Shown here: positions 53,201-64,000 of the stretch, piece by piece
How the letters are laid out: each line of letters starts with the position of its first letter
Numbering within the stretch: position 1 is the stretch's first letter
Assembly: GCA_903813345.2 (NCBI GenBank)
Contig: CAIIXF020000001.1
Span: 37,324,001 to 37,388,000 of the forward strand
Source: Owenia fusiformis
Taxonomy: Eukaryota
Direction: 5' to 3'
Length of the DNA stretch: 64,000 nucleotides
Notes under the pieces: model-generated
Databases searched by the model: none
Told to the model about the DNA's origin: nothing
What the model saw: the letters and a program-made list of their open reading frames with translations, nothing else
Translations under genes and position numbers: made by a program

Positions 53201-56200
53201 ATGTAAATTACATGTTGATTCGGCACCAATCGTCCATGTGTTAGTATATTAGGCGTTCTACGACTCGGTACCAATGGTTCAATGGTCCATATATTAGACG
53301 TTGTATGACATGGCACCATTGCTCTTTATCTAATATATTAGGCGTTACAGTTTTTTCGTTTTTTCTGAAGGGTTTCATACTTTCATTAAATGTATACAAA
53401 ATAAAAGAAATACCAATCCCAAAATCAGCAGGGTTAAAGATGAGTCCCCTTAAGTATAATGAATACAATATATGTAATCGAATGCAAGTGATTATATAAG
53501 AATTCAATACGAAAATCCAGTTTTTAACTTATATATATGAAATCGTACATAAATGAAACACTGAAACGAAAAATGCTAATATCGGTCACAGATAACTAAA
53601 GTAGCTTTTTTCAAAATGACCGTAAATTACTCGTGGAAAAAATCAATGTTTAGCTACAAAACAAAACAAGAATGCTTGCTACAAACAAATTGCAATATTC
53701 TCTTGGTATGCAGATCAGCAAATTATTTTATTCTGTTTCGCTTTTCCTAATATTACAACAAAGCAGTCTTTGATGTAATGAATGATAATGCTTACTTCTG
53801 CGGTCGCCTGTTTGCTCGATATACTATCACCAAGAACAAATAGAGATAAACCAAGAAGTCCAGCAATAGGAATCAGTACCAGGGTAACCATTTTTACAAT
53901 CTGCCTTCTTTTGCCTGCTGTGGTTATTGGGTCCCCACGACACAATCCTAAAGAACAAAACACATGCCACGTAAAATACAATTGTAGAATGGCCATTTCA
54001 TTTATATATCCCCATATGTTTAGGTCCTTAAGTCCTTAAAGGAAGAATAGGAGACAAAGACAAATTGCGAGTAATGCCTGTCACATTTGCTACGGAGGCT
54101 ATGCGCTATAATTTTTTCCTATAAGTTGATGCAATTCTAAGACCGCCAAGCATTTCCGCGGTCACATGCTATATAGCAGTCATTTATTCTACGATAGCCG
54201 CATGTCATATGTGGAAATGAAAAACTTTCGGCTACCATACGGCCTTTGACGTGATGACGCATGGCTACCTAAGGAGGTCCCTGCGGCAGCCGTAGATTTT
54301 GACAAATACCAAGGTGGACGCAATGCCATAGATGTACCGTGCGTCTGATATTTGCGCAAAGAGAACTTTGGGGAAAGTTCACGTTCATAGAAACTAGAAT
54401 ATCTAGGTCTAGGTAGGTGGTTCCGTCAAAGATTCGGAGTACTTTATCAAGCTCAATCGAGTTAACTATGAAATAAGTGGAATGCATGATTATGTTTGAC
54501 ATAAATCTGTGCATATATCGAGATCATATGTGTTCAATCTTATCAAATATAACTTGACTATCGAGGCACCCATTTCATAATTATATCTGTATTTAAATCA
54601 GAATTGAGAAATGTCCCGAAAACATTTTTTGCGCAAATACACTTTTTAGAAAAGATTTGAGTAAGATCAAATACCTCATTCCTATAAATAAAACGACAAT
54701 GACGTGTACTGTTCTGGGAACAGAGCTAATTGCGCCTGCTTTGAGCATTAATATCCGCCCTATTCGAAAAGCCCAACATATGCTTTATATATCATTTTGA
54801 AGTAATTTTCTATGCTTTTCACTTTTCAGTGACACTTTTTTCTAGAAAAAATTGTTTTGATCGAACATATTTTTAAAGTTAAATATACGAACTCGTCAAA
54901 TACGTTGCAAAACATATCCGCAGATATTGGGATAATTTTCGATTTAATAATCTTACAACCTCACATGTGCAGCGGCCACAATTCTAATTTCCATACATGA
55001 ACTCTTTTGATATTTTCAAAATTGTGTGAGGTCTTAAAGGTAAAGGGGATGAGTGGAAAGTTTACCTTTATTTAACGTTCTAGTTCTGATTTAAAAAATA
55101 ATTAACTGCACAATATTGTTCAGGCAAAATTCACCTTTTACTTAAAACTTCAAGCATACCGATTTTTGTTTTTAGTGAATTGTTTTTCAAAATTCAAAAT
55201 CACACAATATTGCCCTCGAGATCTTGTTTCTCTGTTAATTTTATAATGATTGTCTCAAGATAAATGTAACATTTTTGACGTTATACGGCTGCGTTCTGTA
55301 CTACTCATCGTTTACTGGCAATTCGAACATGACTGCAGTATTCAAGGCTTCTAAAAACTGTGAATATTTCCCTCGGTATGCAGATTTATCCTATGCCAAG
55401 TAGAGTTTTAGGGAGATAAGTTGGTAAGATATATCCCATATCCTGATTTTCCTGAGGTTTCCATATCCAGAACCTCCATATCTCCCGCCATATCTCCCGC
55501 TTCGGTGCATATCTTCCCGCTTCCGGTGCATATCTTCCCGCTTCTGGTAATGCAATAAAATGACTTTGCATATGAATAATTTGTTTATTTTTACACCTTG
55601 AACTATTGAAATGGCCATATGCCCCTGGAAACTCTACTTGGTATAGGATAGCAGTTATGTACGGTCGGTTTGGATATTGGGTTCATCCCTCGTGAGATAT
55701 GCAGTTATCCTCAGGTAGATATGCATATCTCCCTCTGGATACACCCCATATCCAAAGTCTTCCAAAGGGAAATGAAATTAAGAAAAATGTTCATATTTGT
55801 GCATTTCGCCATTTTCTTTCAAGTCTATGCCTATTTTAGTCAAGTTGATTAAAACCTACCAACATTTCTGCAACATAACATAGATGAATATACGAGATCT
55901 GTATCCATTATTTCGGTTTGATTTACATGTTCATCCATTTTGAAAATTTGGAGATTCTTTGCAGCATCCTCGAGCGTCGACATATTAAAGTTGACTTATC
56001 AAAGTTGAAAAATTTTGCTCATGCATTATATCACCACATGATGTCACTATGGCAACGTGTTGTTTTGTATACTATTGTTATTGTTGTTGTTATAGAAACA
56101 GATGAATTATGTCATGCGCCCAGAAATTAATATCAGTATCTTTTTCGAATTTGTTACCATTTGTTTTATTAGAAAACTTACTAGAAGTATGTAGAAGTCA

Positions 56201-57542
56201 GATGTAAAAAGCCAATTTAAAATTGTGAAATTAATGAACTTCACTGATTCTAAAAAGAACCATTCACTCTTTTGTAAAATACAGAATGCATGTTACTGAA
56301 TTTCTGATTAGCTAGAATCTGATATATTATATATGCCTATCTATTTGTGAAAATGCATCATGTATAAGAGCCTTACCCTACAACAAAACGTCCATGTACC
56401 TACTAAAAAGAGTAGACCTTTGAATTTGTTTTGACGTATTTGCACGGAGTAACGCCGGATCGAGGACGCAATTTGGTGAGTTAGGTCTGTCGGCTAACAG
56501 GATAATACCCGTTCGAGAACGTTCATGTTCAAAGTTTGTAAATAGATCCCAAACTGTTATTAGTACGTCCAATCCGTTTGTATACAATTCAGCCCGTTTT
56601 CGAGAACGTAGTGAGAACTACCAATTCCCAATTCGTTGTAACATAGAAATTTCGAGATGGCAGCTGAATTTGAAAATGATTTATTTAAAAAGGTAATCTT
56701 TGATAACTAAGATACCAGTGGACGTTTTTGTCTCAAATTTTATATGCCGGTGAATAGGTTCAAAGAATAAATTTTCAAGATGACAGCTGAAATTCTAAGT
56801 TGGCCGTCATTTTTCGTAAAAACGTAATCTTAATAATTCAAACACCAGTGGACAGTGGTTAAAATTTTATATGCTGGTGCTTATAGAGAAAAGGAGGTCT
56901 GCTCAAGAAGAAATTTTCAAGATGGCTGCCATTTATCAAAATGGCCGCCATGTGATGTAATCTTTTATAACGGAAATACCAGTGTCGTATTTGGTTAAGT
57001 TTTGTATGCTGATGTTTTACGATTTTTTCAAGGACTGGAAAGAACAGTTGAGAACCAGTATGGTGTGATAGGGGTTTAAGTATGTCACTTCGTTTGAAGT
57101 ATGTTGTCGCTCGCAAAACAGAGAAGCCGCCAAAAAGTTTCGGCAAACTCGAAGCACTTTCCATCCATGAAGTTAATAAAAGATCGTAATAGACCAACTA
57201 CATCCAGTCTGTTCGCACAAAGCAATATTTTCAAGACTGTCTTTGGAACTAGTTTGGTGTGACTGGGGGAAAACAGCAAAAAATCATATTATAACAATCC
57301 GGTTCGATAAAGTATATATAACGTATTCATTCACTGATTTATTTTTAAACTAATCTGTCAAATGACGACCCCAGGTCATAATTTATTTTTTCTATGAAAA
57401 TACTTTTGCGAGATAAATGTGACATACCCGAAGTATGACCAGACTGTTTCAAGAGATCTCTCCAGGCGATCCGCAGCAGTTCCTGACTATTAAGTGAGTT
57501 TAAGCTTGGTGTCGATGATGAGTCCATCTTCCTTGAAAGCAT
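47295..57542 (-). CDS. NIT-domain transmembrane guanylyl cyclase (NIT-GC), 8 exons, ~731 aa
   Basis: Exons (minus): 57542-57428, 53947-53796, 52822-51803, 51576-51378, 50741-50604, 48959-48861, 48610-48519, 47675-47295. All introns are GT-AG with matching phases (1,0,0,1,1,1,0); total 2196 nt. Features in order: TM1 [23 protein letters not shown]-like motifs [11 protein letters not shown] and [14 protein letters not shown]2 [23 protein letters not shown]; signalling helix [14 protein letters not shown]; class III cyclase motifs [71 protein letters not shown]. The Glu (VET) and Cys (RYC) indicate GTP specificity. Exon 1 is the least certain. Confidence 0.92.
49265..50543 (+). mobile_element. 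HINE/Pearl-like element with a 162-bp tandem core, in NIT-GC intron 5
   Basis: Starts aaacaag; subterminal IR tgtccccacc / ggtggggaca; gtagacaagacttta recurs at 49446, 49608, 49770 and 49932 (162-bp period); (GACG/GACA)n at 50459-50493; 3' hairpin ccccac..gtgggg then an A-run. Confidence 0.75.
52957..53345. repeat. Head-to-head minisatellite (~45-50 bp unit, forward copies then inverted copies)
   Basis: gagtcatataatgcgtaatatatt / ggaccaatgg units forward to ~53090, then aatatattacgcgttatatgactc / ccattggt units inverted. Confidence 0.7.
55387..55650. mobile_element. MITE with ~30 bp TIRs and internal 21-bp tandem repeats
   Basis: tatcctatgccaagtagagttt ... aaactctacttggtataggata; internal catatcttcccgcttccggtg repeats. 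Confidence 0.65.
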
Positions 57543-58169
57543 CCTAATTCAAACGTTTATATTTTCGATATCCTGATAGTCCTCATACTTCACCATTAAA
57601 ATGTTTAAAATGTTAAATGTTGGTCTGTACATCATAATCGGATAGCAAATCTAACTTCTGACGATATATACTTTAATTCTATAGACGCTCGTGAAGTCTG
57701 TTGATTAACAAGTCTACGCAATCTGGCAATACGTGACATGCGTATATTCGTTTTTAAGTTTTGTTTTACTGTAAAATGTGTTATCTAAATTCAAAGAGTA
57801 GTTCGAATGATACGTTATGGCAATAAACCTTAGGATCTATAATCCGAGAATATGTAGATACAAGGTCCTCAAAAAGTTCATTTGATGGAATAAGAGCGTC
57901 AATTGTCAAATTAAATAGAAATGTTGCAATCCCTGAAAATAACTGGTAGGAGTAATCAGCTAATAAATAAATGTGTTAATTACCAAAGGACGGCTTGTTA
58001 TGACATGTCCATGTTACATGTATATTGAACAGGTGTAGCCTTTAAGGAAGAAATTAAAAAGACCCACTCTTCAATCTTGTTTACGCTAGAATTTATTTTC
58101 TACAAATATTTAGCATCCCAGACGGTGCCATTTGAAACATAACTGTTGTATTTTAGCAGGAATGGAACT

Positions 58170-59682
58170 CGGACTAAATCTGGCTTTGGTCGGGCAATAT
58201 GTCTAAAATAATAAGCTGCTTCATAAACAGTCTTCAATACGCCCATCTCATTCGCAGTTCGTTCAGGTCGCACCATGTCGGTGTACATTACACACGTACT
58301 GCAATGACATCCCATTGCACAACGTCGTTAACGCGTCTCTAGTAGAGTCGAAGTATGGCAATTACGTTCCTAGTCTCGTATGTCATCTCGTTTGAAGTAG
58401 GTTTGAAGAAAGTAGAAAGTTGAAGCTACGTTCGCACACACTTTTAGACCAGTTCGGCAACGTTTTGAAGAACGCAATGGCAACTATTTTGGTAGGATAG
58501 CTATATTTTTACTTAGTCGTCCATGGGCAGTCTTTAATACGTCAGTTTAAACCCGTTTGCAAGTAGTTCTACCTCGTTCTCAATACGTCATCAGACAGTT
58601 CCATCCCTAGTAAGATCGAATAACGACAGTCCCGCTCGGAGTACGCTCAAATCGTCTTAGTTAGTTGTCACTAATTGAAGAACGTGACGACCACTAGAAA
58701 ATTTTGAGCAAGCTCTAAGTTCTGGAGGACCAACCCGTTCGAGTACGTTCATTACGTAAATATATCTCAAATAGTTCTAAGTACGCCCAATCCGTTCATA
58801 TACAGTTTAAGCTCGTTTTCGAGAACGTAGTGAGAACTAGTTCGGTGTGATAGGGTTAAATAGTGTCTGTTTTACCCCCCTATCACACCAAACTAGTTCT
58901 TACCCGTTCTTGCCAGTCCTACGAAAATGTCGTAAAACGGGCTCAATCTGGCTGTGGTCGGGAAGTATGTCTAAAATAATTAGCTACTTCGTTCATAAAC
59001 AGTCTTCAATACGTCCATCTCGTTCGCAGTTCGTTCAGGTCGCACCGCGTCGGTGTGCAACGGCGTATAACGCGTCCCTTAGTCTAAAAGGTCATCATGA
59101 CCTGATTACAGAACGGTATGGTCGCCATCGAATTTTGAATCGATTCAAAATTCTAAATCACATTCCCCGTCCGGGAAAGTCCATGAAGTTCGTAAATAGA
59201 CCTTAGAAAGTTGCAGCTACGTTCATTCCGTTCGCACACAGTTTAAAACCAGTTTTGAAGAACGCAGTGGCAACTTGTTTGGTGTGATAGCTATATTTTT
59301 GCTAATTCGTTCATAAGCAGTCTTAAATACGTTCTTAATCAGTTTAAACACGTTTGCAATTGGTTCAACCTCGTTCTCAATACGTCCTCAGACAGTTCAA
59401 CTCGTTGTTAAAACGTCCCTAGTAGGATTGAAGTACGACGGTTCCGTTCGTAGTACGTCCAGCTCGTTGTTAGTACGTTGTCACTCGTTCTAATTGTAGA
59501 ACGTATCGACCACGAGAAAATTTTGAGCATGTTCTAAGTTCTAGAGGACCTACCCGTTCGAGTACGTTCGATGAAGTTTGTAAATAGACCCCAAACGGTT
59601 CTTAGTACGTCCAGTCCGTTCGTACACAGTTGAAGCCCGTTTTCGAGAACGTAGTGAGAACTAGTTTGGTGTGATAGTAGGG
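58170..59682 (+). mobile_element. Two tandem copies of a Harbinger-like MITE (TIR CCCTATCACACCAAACTAGTTCT) upstream of NIT-GC
   Basis: Full copy 58878-59682 with both TIRs; the 58170-58856 copy shares body and right end (gagaacgtagtgagaactagttcggtgtgataggg); fragments at 56376-56620 and ~57050-57270. Confidence 0.7.
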
Positions 59683-60712
59683 TTATAGCATAGCATATTT
59701 TAATGAAGCCAGATTTTTGTCTTTAACTTATCTGCCATCTATATGTGTTCATTTAGCTTTTTCCTGGAAAGGACGTTGCCTTATCCAAAATTCATAGAAT
59801 TTTGTCTTTTTATTTATACTTGTTATGGCCATTATGATTTTCTCAGCCCAGTGGTAGTGATCTGGGTTGGGGGATACGGAAGGGGGAGGGGGGGGGGGGT
59901 GATGTACCTGGTTGATACCACGTTACGCACGTTTGGGGTATTGAGGAGTCGTCAATGAAGACTCGTGCCGTATATGTTAATAAACTAACGAGCCACTAAG
60001 TGGTCCTTTATCCACCTGAATAGAATAAATAGTTTATTGGTATACATGTCAACATTTGAAGACTTTCTCATTGTGTGACAATTATTAAGAAATTACAGAT
60101 AATGACCCGGCTTATTGCCCCTTCAAAGCAAATTACTCCGAATATCTGTTATGAACAACGATATAATTTAGTTAAGTCACTACAGGTGTCCAACTTTATT
60201 TGCTCAAGTTTTTCTTTAAACACAGCACTCTATTGTCGAGTTACTTATATATATACCATGATATTGGAATCGTCACGAGCGTGAGGCGTAAGAGTCTCTG
60301 ATGGTGCCGCTTTGTCGCAGGTGCATGGCTGGCCAATAGAATAATGCTTTGAACGACAGATTCATGAAATTACTAAGGGACCCAACACTGTTACCTTTAA
60401 CCAACTAAATAAAATATCATTTTTCCTCCCAGTATCCAATTCCTTGGAATGAAACAAGGGTATATATATATCAAAGGTTAACTGGTTAAGGGATTATCCC
60501 AATATTCTGAAACTGAATATTTTGGACTATTTTTCTGCATATTATTTGCATATTTCAGAATTCTACCTGAGCGGTTTCAGAAAATATTAGGACATTAGTT
60601 TGAATCCAGTCTGTTACTAAGAATAGAGCAAAGGATTACTTAAATACTATATTTTTAACAACTTAGTTTTCACTATTTTTTCATATTTTCACCAAAATAG
60701 GACGAAACAATG

Positions 60713-61033
60713 ATTTTTATTGGCTCACACAGCGGGCCCATGGGATCGACCAGGCATCCGTCCGTCCGTTGGTCCGTCCGTCCGTCAACATTGGCCGCAC
60801 AAATTAAAACTGCTATTCGGATTGAGTCATATCCACATTCATTTTATGCATATCCAAAATGCCTATTTGACCTATCATCGCCATTTCCCAAGTTCGCCCG
60901 GTTTCCGAGAAGTTGCTGATTTTGACGTAAAAATGTCAAATTTTCTGTAAATATGAAGGTTCTACACTGTGTGAGCACAGGACCATCGGTCCTTTATAAT
61001 GTCTTACACTGAACTTATCGGTTGGAGCCTTGT
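60713..61033 (-). mobile_element. HINE-like short element (reverse orientation)
   Basis: T-run, then ggctcacacag ... (CCGT)n microsatellite ... ctgtgtgagc inverted match, ending cttgt. Confidence 0.45.
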
Positions 61034-62622
61034 GCAAGACAGTGACGACCACGAGGAAAATAGTCCGGGGAATACAGCTACAGTTTAGGCTAAATACGAC
61101 AAAAATTATATTAAACAAAGAGACATCTTTACTTAATCAATCGCAAATGTGGTTTGAATTCTGACGTCTGACATCTTACAAGCTGCATAGCAATTTACTT
61201 GTATACCGAACATGTAAGTCCAAAGACAAATCTCTATATTATGCGTGCTTATCTGTGACTGAAATTAATTTCATCGGGATGTAAGATCCTATTTATGCAA
61301 AATCACGCTAAATATTAAACCGTCGCGTGTGATATTAGTTGCCAATTTACAAAGGTTCCCTTTGAGAGATAATCATAAAATCAGTTAAACACGATCATCT
61401 TGTTCGAGTCAATTAAATTATATCAAACAAAATTGAATTAAATCTTTTGTAGTCAGCTTTATTAGGCATTAAACTTCCCCTCATTGAAATGAACTCCGGT
61501 GCTTTTTAATCCCCAAGTTCATTATTTAATGGTTTCGAGTCAATGGTAAATACACACTGTCCATAACTGCAGGAAATTGACTCATTATAAGTCTCTAATG
61601 TAGTTTAGTTGGAGATGTTCGTGTTTTATTGGCTGTGAAGAATAAAGCTAATGAAAGTGGCGGGGTTTGTTGCTATGTTAATGGGTCGAATCAATGCAGC
61701 TGCTTATGAGAGAATTCTATGATGATTCCATAAATATTATCGATGTCATTGCGAATAAATTATAAACAATTTACTCGTATGTGAGATCATAGCCTACATT
61801 GAAGCTAAAAATAATTAAGTGATTGCATGATTGAACAAAATAGGTCATTGTGACCTAGTTTAATGTATGTATCCTACTTGAAATAGGTCAAATACAGTTG
61901 ATTAACAACCAGGTACGCCTCATATCTTCCACGCGATTATACTGCATGCATGCATACATTAACAATATATTTTATAGTCTTACTCGGAGTTCGGTATAAC
62001 AAAATCAGGTTAACTGAATTAACGACAGCAAGCAAGTGGCGTAGGAATGGATACGAGCATATTATATTTTTGCATCTGTCATTTATGCAAATGAATGATT
62101 TAACAATATTGTATAATACTTCCACTTGTTATAGGCTAAACAATGTTTAGGGTGTTGATATTTACTTGTATATGTACATCATAAAAAGTCGAAATAAAGT
62201 AATCTCAATGATGGATATAATAAGTATAGATTAGTATTCGCATTTCGTATCTCACGAAACAAAACTTTATCGTAATGATTGTTGTACTTTTACTTCGAAT
62301 ACCTAAAATATAGCGTTTGTGTGTAAATGATGTGCACATGTAATCTATTGTTTAAAATTGTGAATAATTTGTATTTATTCATATGGAAAGAAAAAGATAA
62401 GAAAAAGATAGAAAACATAATAGAGAGATTTCGCAACGCACTTACAGCGTGTTTATAAATCCCTTATGTTTATAACTAATAGAAGTATGTGTACTACGTC
62501 ATCATTTGTTAATGCCTATATCTACTATCTTTCATTGACTCTCTGGTGTCAAAACAGTGACTCGCTTCATTGCATGTTTAAAGTCTCACGTTTAAAGAAT
62601 CAAGTGGACATGATATATTTAA

Positions 62623-62774
62623 GGAATAAATAATGATTCAATATGGTGAAATTCAGCACGAGTTGGACAGAATGTTGTACAAAGCACGAACCGAAGGTGA
62701 GTGCATTTGTACTAACATTCTGTCCAACGAGTGCTGAATTTCACCATATTGAATGGCCTATCATTATTTATTCC
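62623..62774. repeat. ~150 bp imperfect palindrome
   Basis: ggaataaataatgat-tcaatatggtgaaattcagcac-gttggacagaatgtt versus aacattctgtccaac-gtgctgaatttcaccatattgaa-atcattatttattcc. Confidence 0.8.
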
Positions 62775-64000
62775 GATTCAAACATAAAAATTAGTAAAAG
62801 CCGTGTCTGTGGAACGGGCATGAAGGAAGAATACGCATGCTGTCAAGATTCTGAAGTCGGCCGGAAAAATTTTAGAATTTGTTTGGGCTGTTCTATTTTA
62901 CTCCCCGTTTTAGATTTTATACGGTGTATGCAAACATGGGTCAGCCATAGTTAAATAGTTACAGTAGCTACGGAGGGAGTAAAAAAGAACATCTATCACC
63001 GGACAGAGCCCCAGATGTGCAGCTGAGATGTGACGTCACTCAAAACAATGCAAATTGCAGATTGAATAGAGCATGGTCGTGCATCTATGGAGAATTAGAG
63101 AACGTTCTATATTGGCTATGCTGCATTCTGATTGGTTGAGAAATTCGAATAGAGCACGGTCATGTTTGAATAAACAATAACAAAGTGTATAACAAATTGC
63201 AGCACTGTGGGTGATATACATGTTATGAAGGAAAACACAGCATATCGAGGTTTATAACTTTCGCTTGATTATAGGCCAAACTGCCCTAATTCACGTCACC
63301 ATACTAGTCAATGGGCAAAAGGGCAAACGCCTGACTTTTTATCTCGAGTTATGGATTTATGTGGCCTCACTGGCCTATCTGAGGTTCTAAAGCTATGTCT
63401 AAGCTACATTTTGACACTAAACTCAATAGGGGCCAAACATCTACAATTGTGACACTACCCCCTCTCTCTGCCGACAGAAATTTAAATTCAAAAAAATGAA
63501 GGCAAAATTAATACGCCACTTGATTCGAAATTTTCCTTCAGATGACCCAAGTAAACGCATTTTCAGAAGAAATGGCATGTTGTCATTGCAAAAAGATGAC
63601 AACTGTGCCTACATACTAGCTTACTGACTCGTCATGATCACAATTGTGTTGGGACTACATTCATTTTTGAAAACTACTTTTTTCTATTCAACGGAAGTGA
63701 CGTATTAGGGCATTTGGGCCTAATATATTGTACCATTCGTCCCATGATTAATACGTGGGCGATTATGGGATAATAAAAATCATATATCTTTTTTTTCAAA
63801 AACTTTATACGCCCAAAGTATAACATTAGGCTATGTCAGCAAAATTTCAGATGGACCGTTCATCCGTTCAACTTGACTTGAAATTTTGCAACAGAGGAAT
63901 TTTTATATAGCTTTGAAATCTCGCCAACTCTTGTTTTTCGTGAGATTTTTAGAGATTTGCACATTGAACCTCTAATGACTAATTTTAATGACTCACTTTT

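Noticed and set aside
52957..53345. CRISPR-like repeat array
   Set aside because: Units are degenerate, lack unique spacers and invert midway; eukaryotic intron context, no cas genes
55386..55618. Repeat-protein ORFs (PEAGRYA / REDMHRK)
   Set aside because: They arise from 21-bp tandem repeats within a MITE; no splice context linking them to NIT-GC

Overview
AT-rich eukaryotic genomic DNA, probably from an invertebrate and lophotrochozoan-like (inference). All four genes I could reconstruct lie on the minus strand, with exons joined by hand through GT-AG splice sites whose phases match. (1) A tandem cluster of three paralogous secreted mosaic-protein genes: A (39563-28880, 13 exons, ~732 aa), B (24937-11248, 10 exons, ~593 aa) and C (10532-111, running off the window's left edge). 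Their architecture is signal peptide - basic CBM14/peritrophin-like chitin-binding domain - 2 knottin (ICK, C-C-CC-C-C) modules - 1 or 2 pairs of 5-Cys Sushi/CCP domains - 2 knottins - C-terminal VWA domain with an intact MIDAS motif. (2) An 8-exon, ~731 aa receptor guanylyl cyclase (57542-47295) with a bacterial-type NIT (nitrate/nitrite-sensing) domain between two TM helices and no kinase-homology domain (NIT-GC). Introns and intergenic DNA are full of non-autonomous DNA transposons: MULE-, Tc1-, piggyBac-, Harbinger- and Helitron/HINE-like elements and a 4.7 kb nested foldback element. There are also LINE fragments, tRNA-like relics and tandem duplications. All domain and family calls come from motif recognition by eye; no searches were run.
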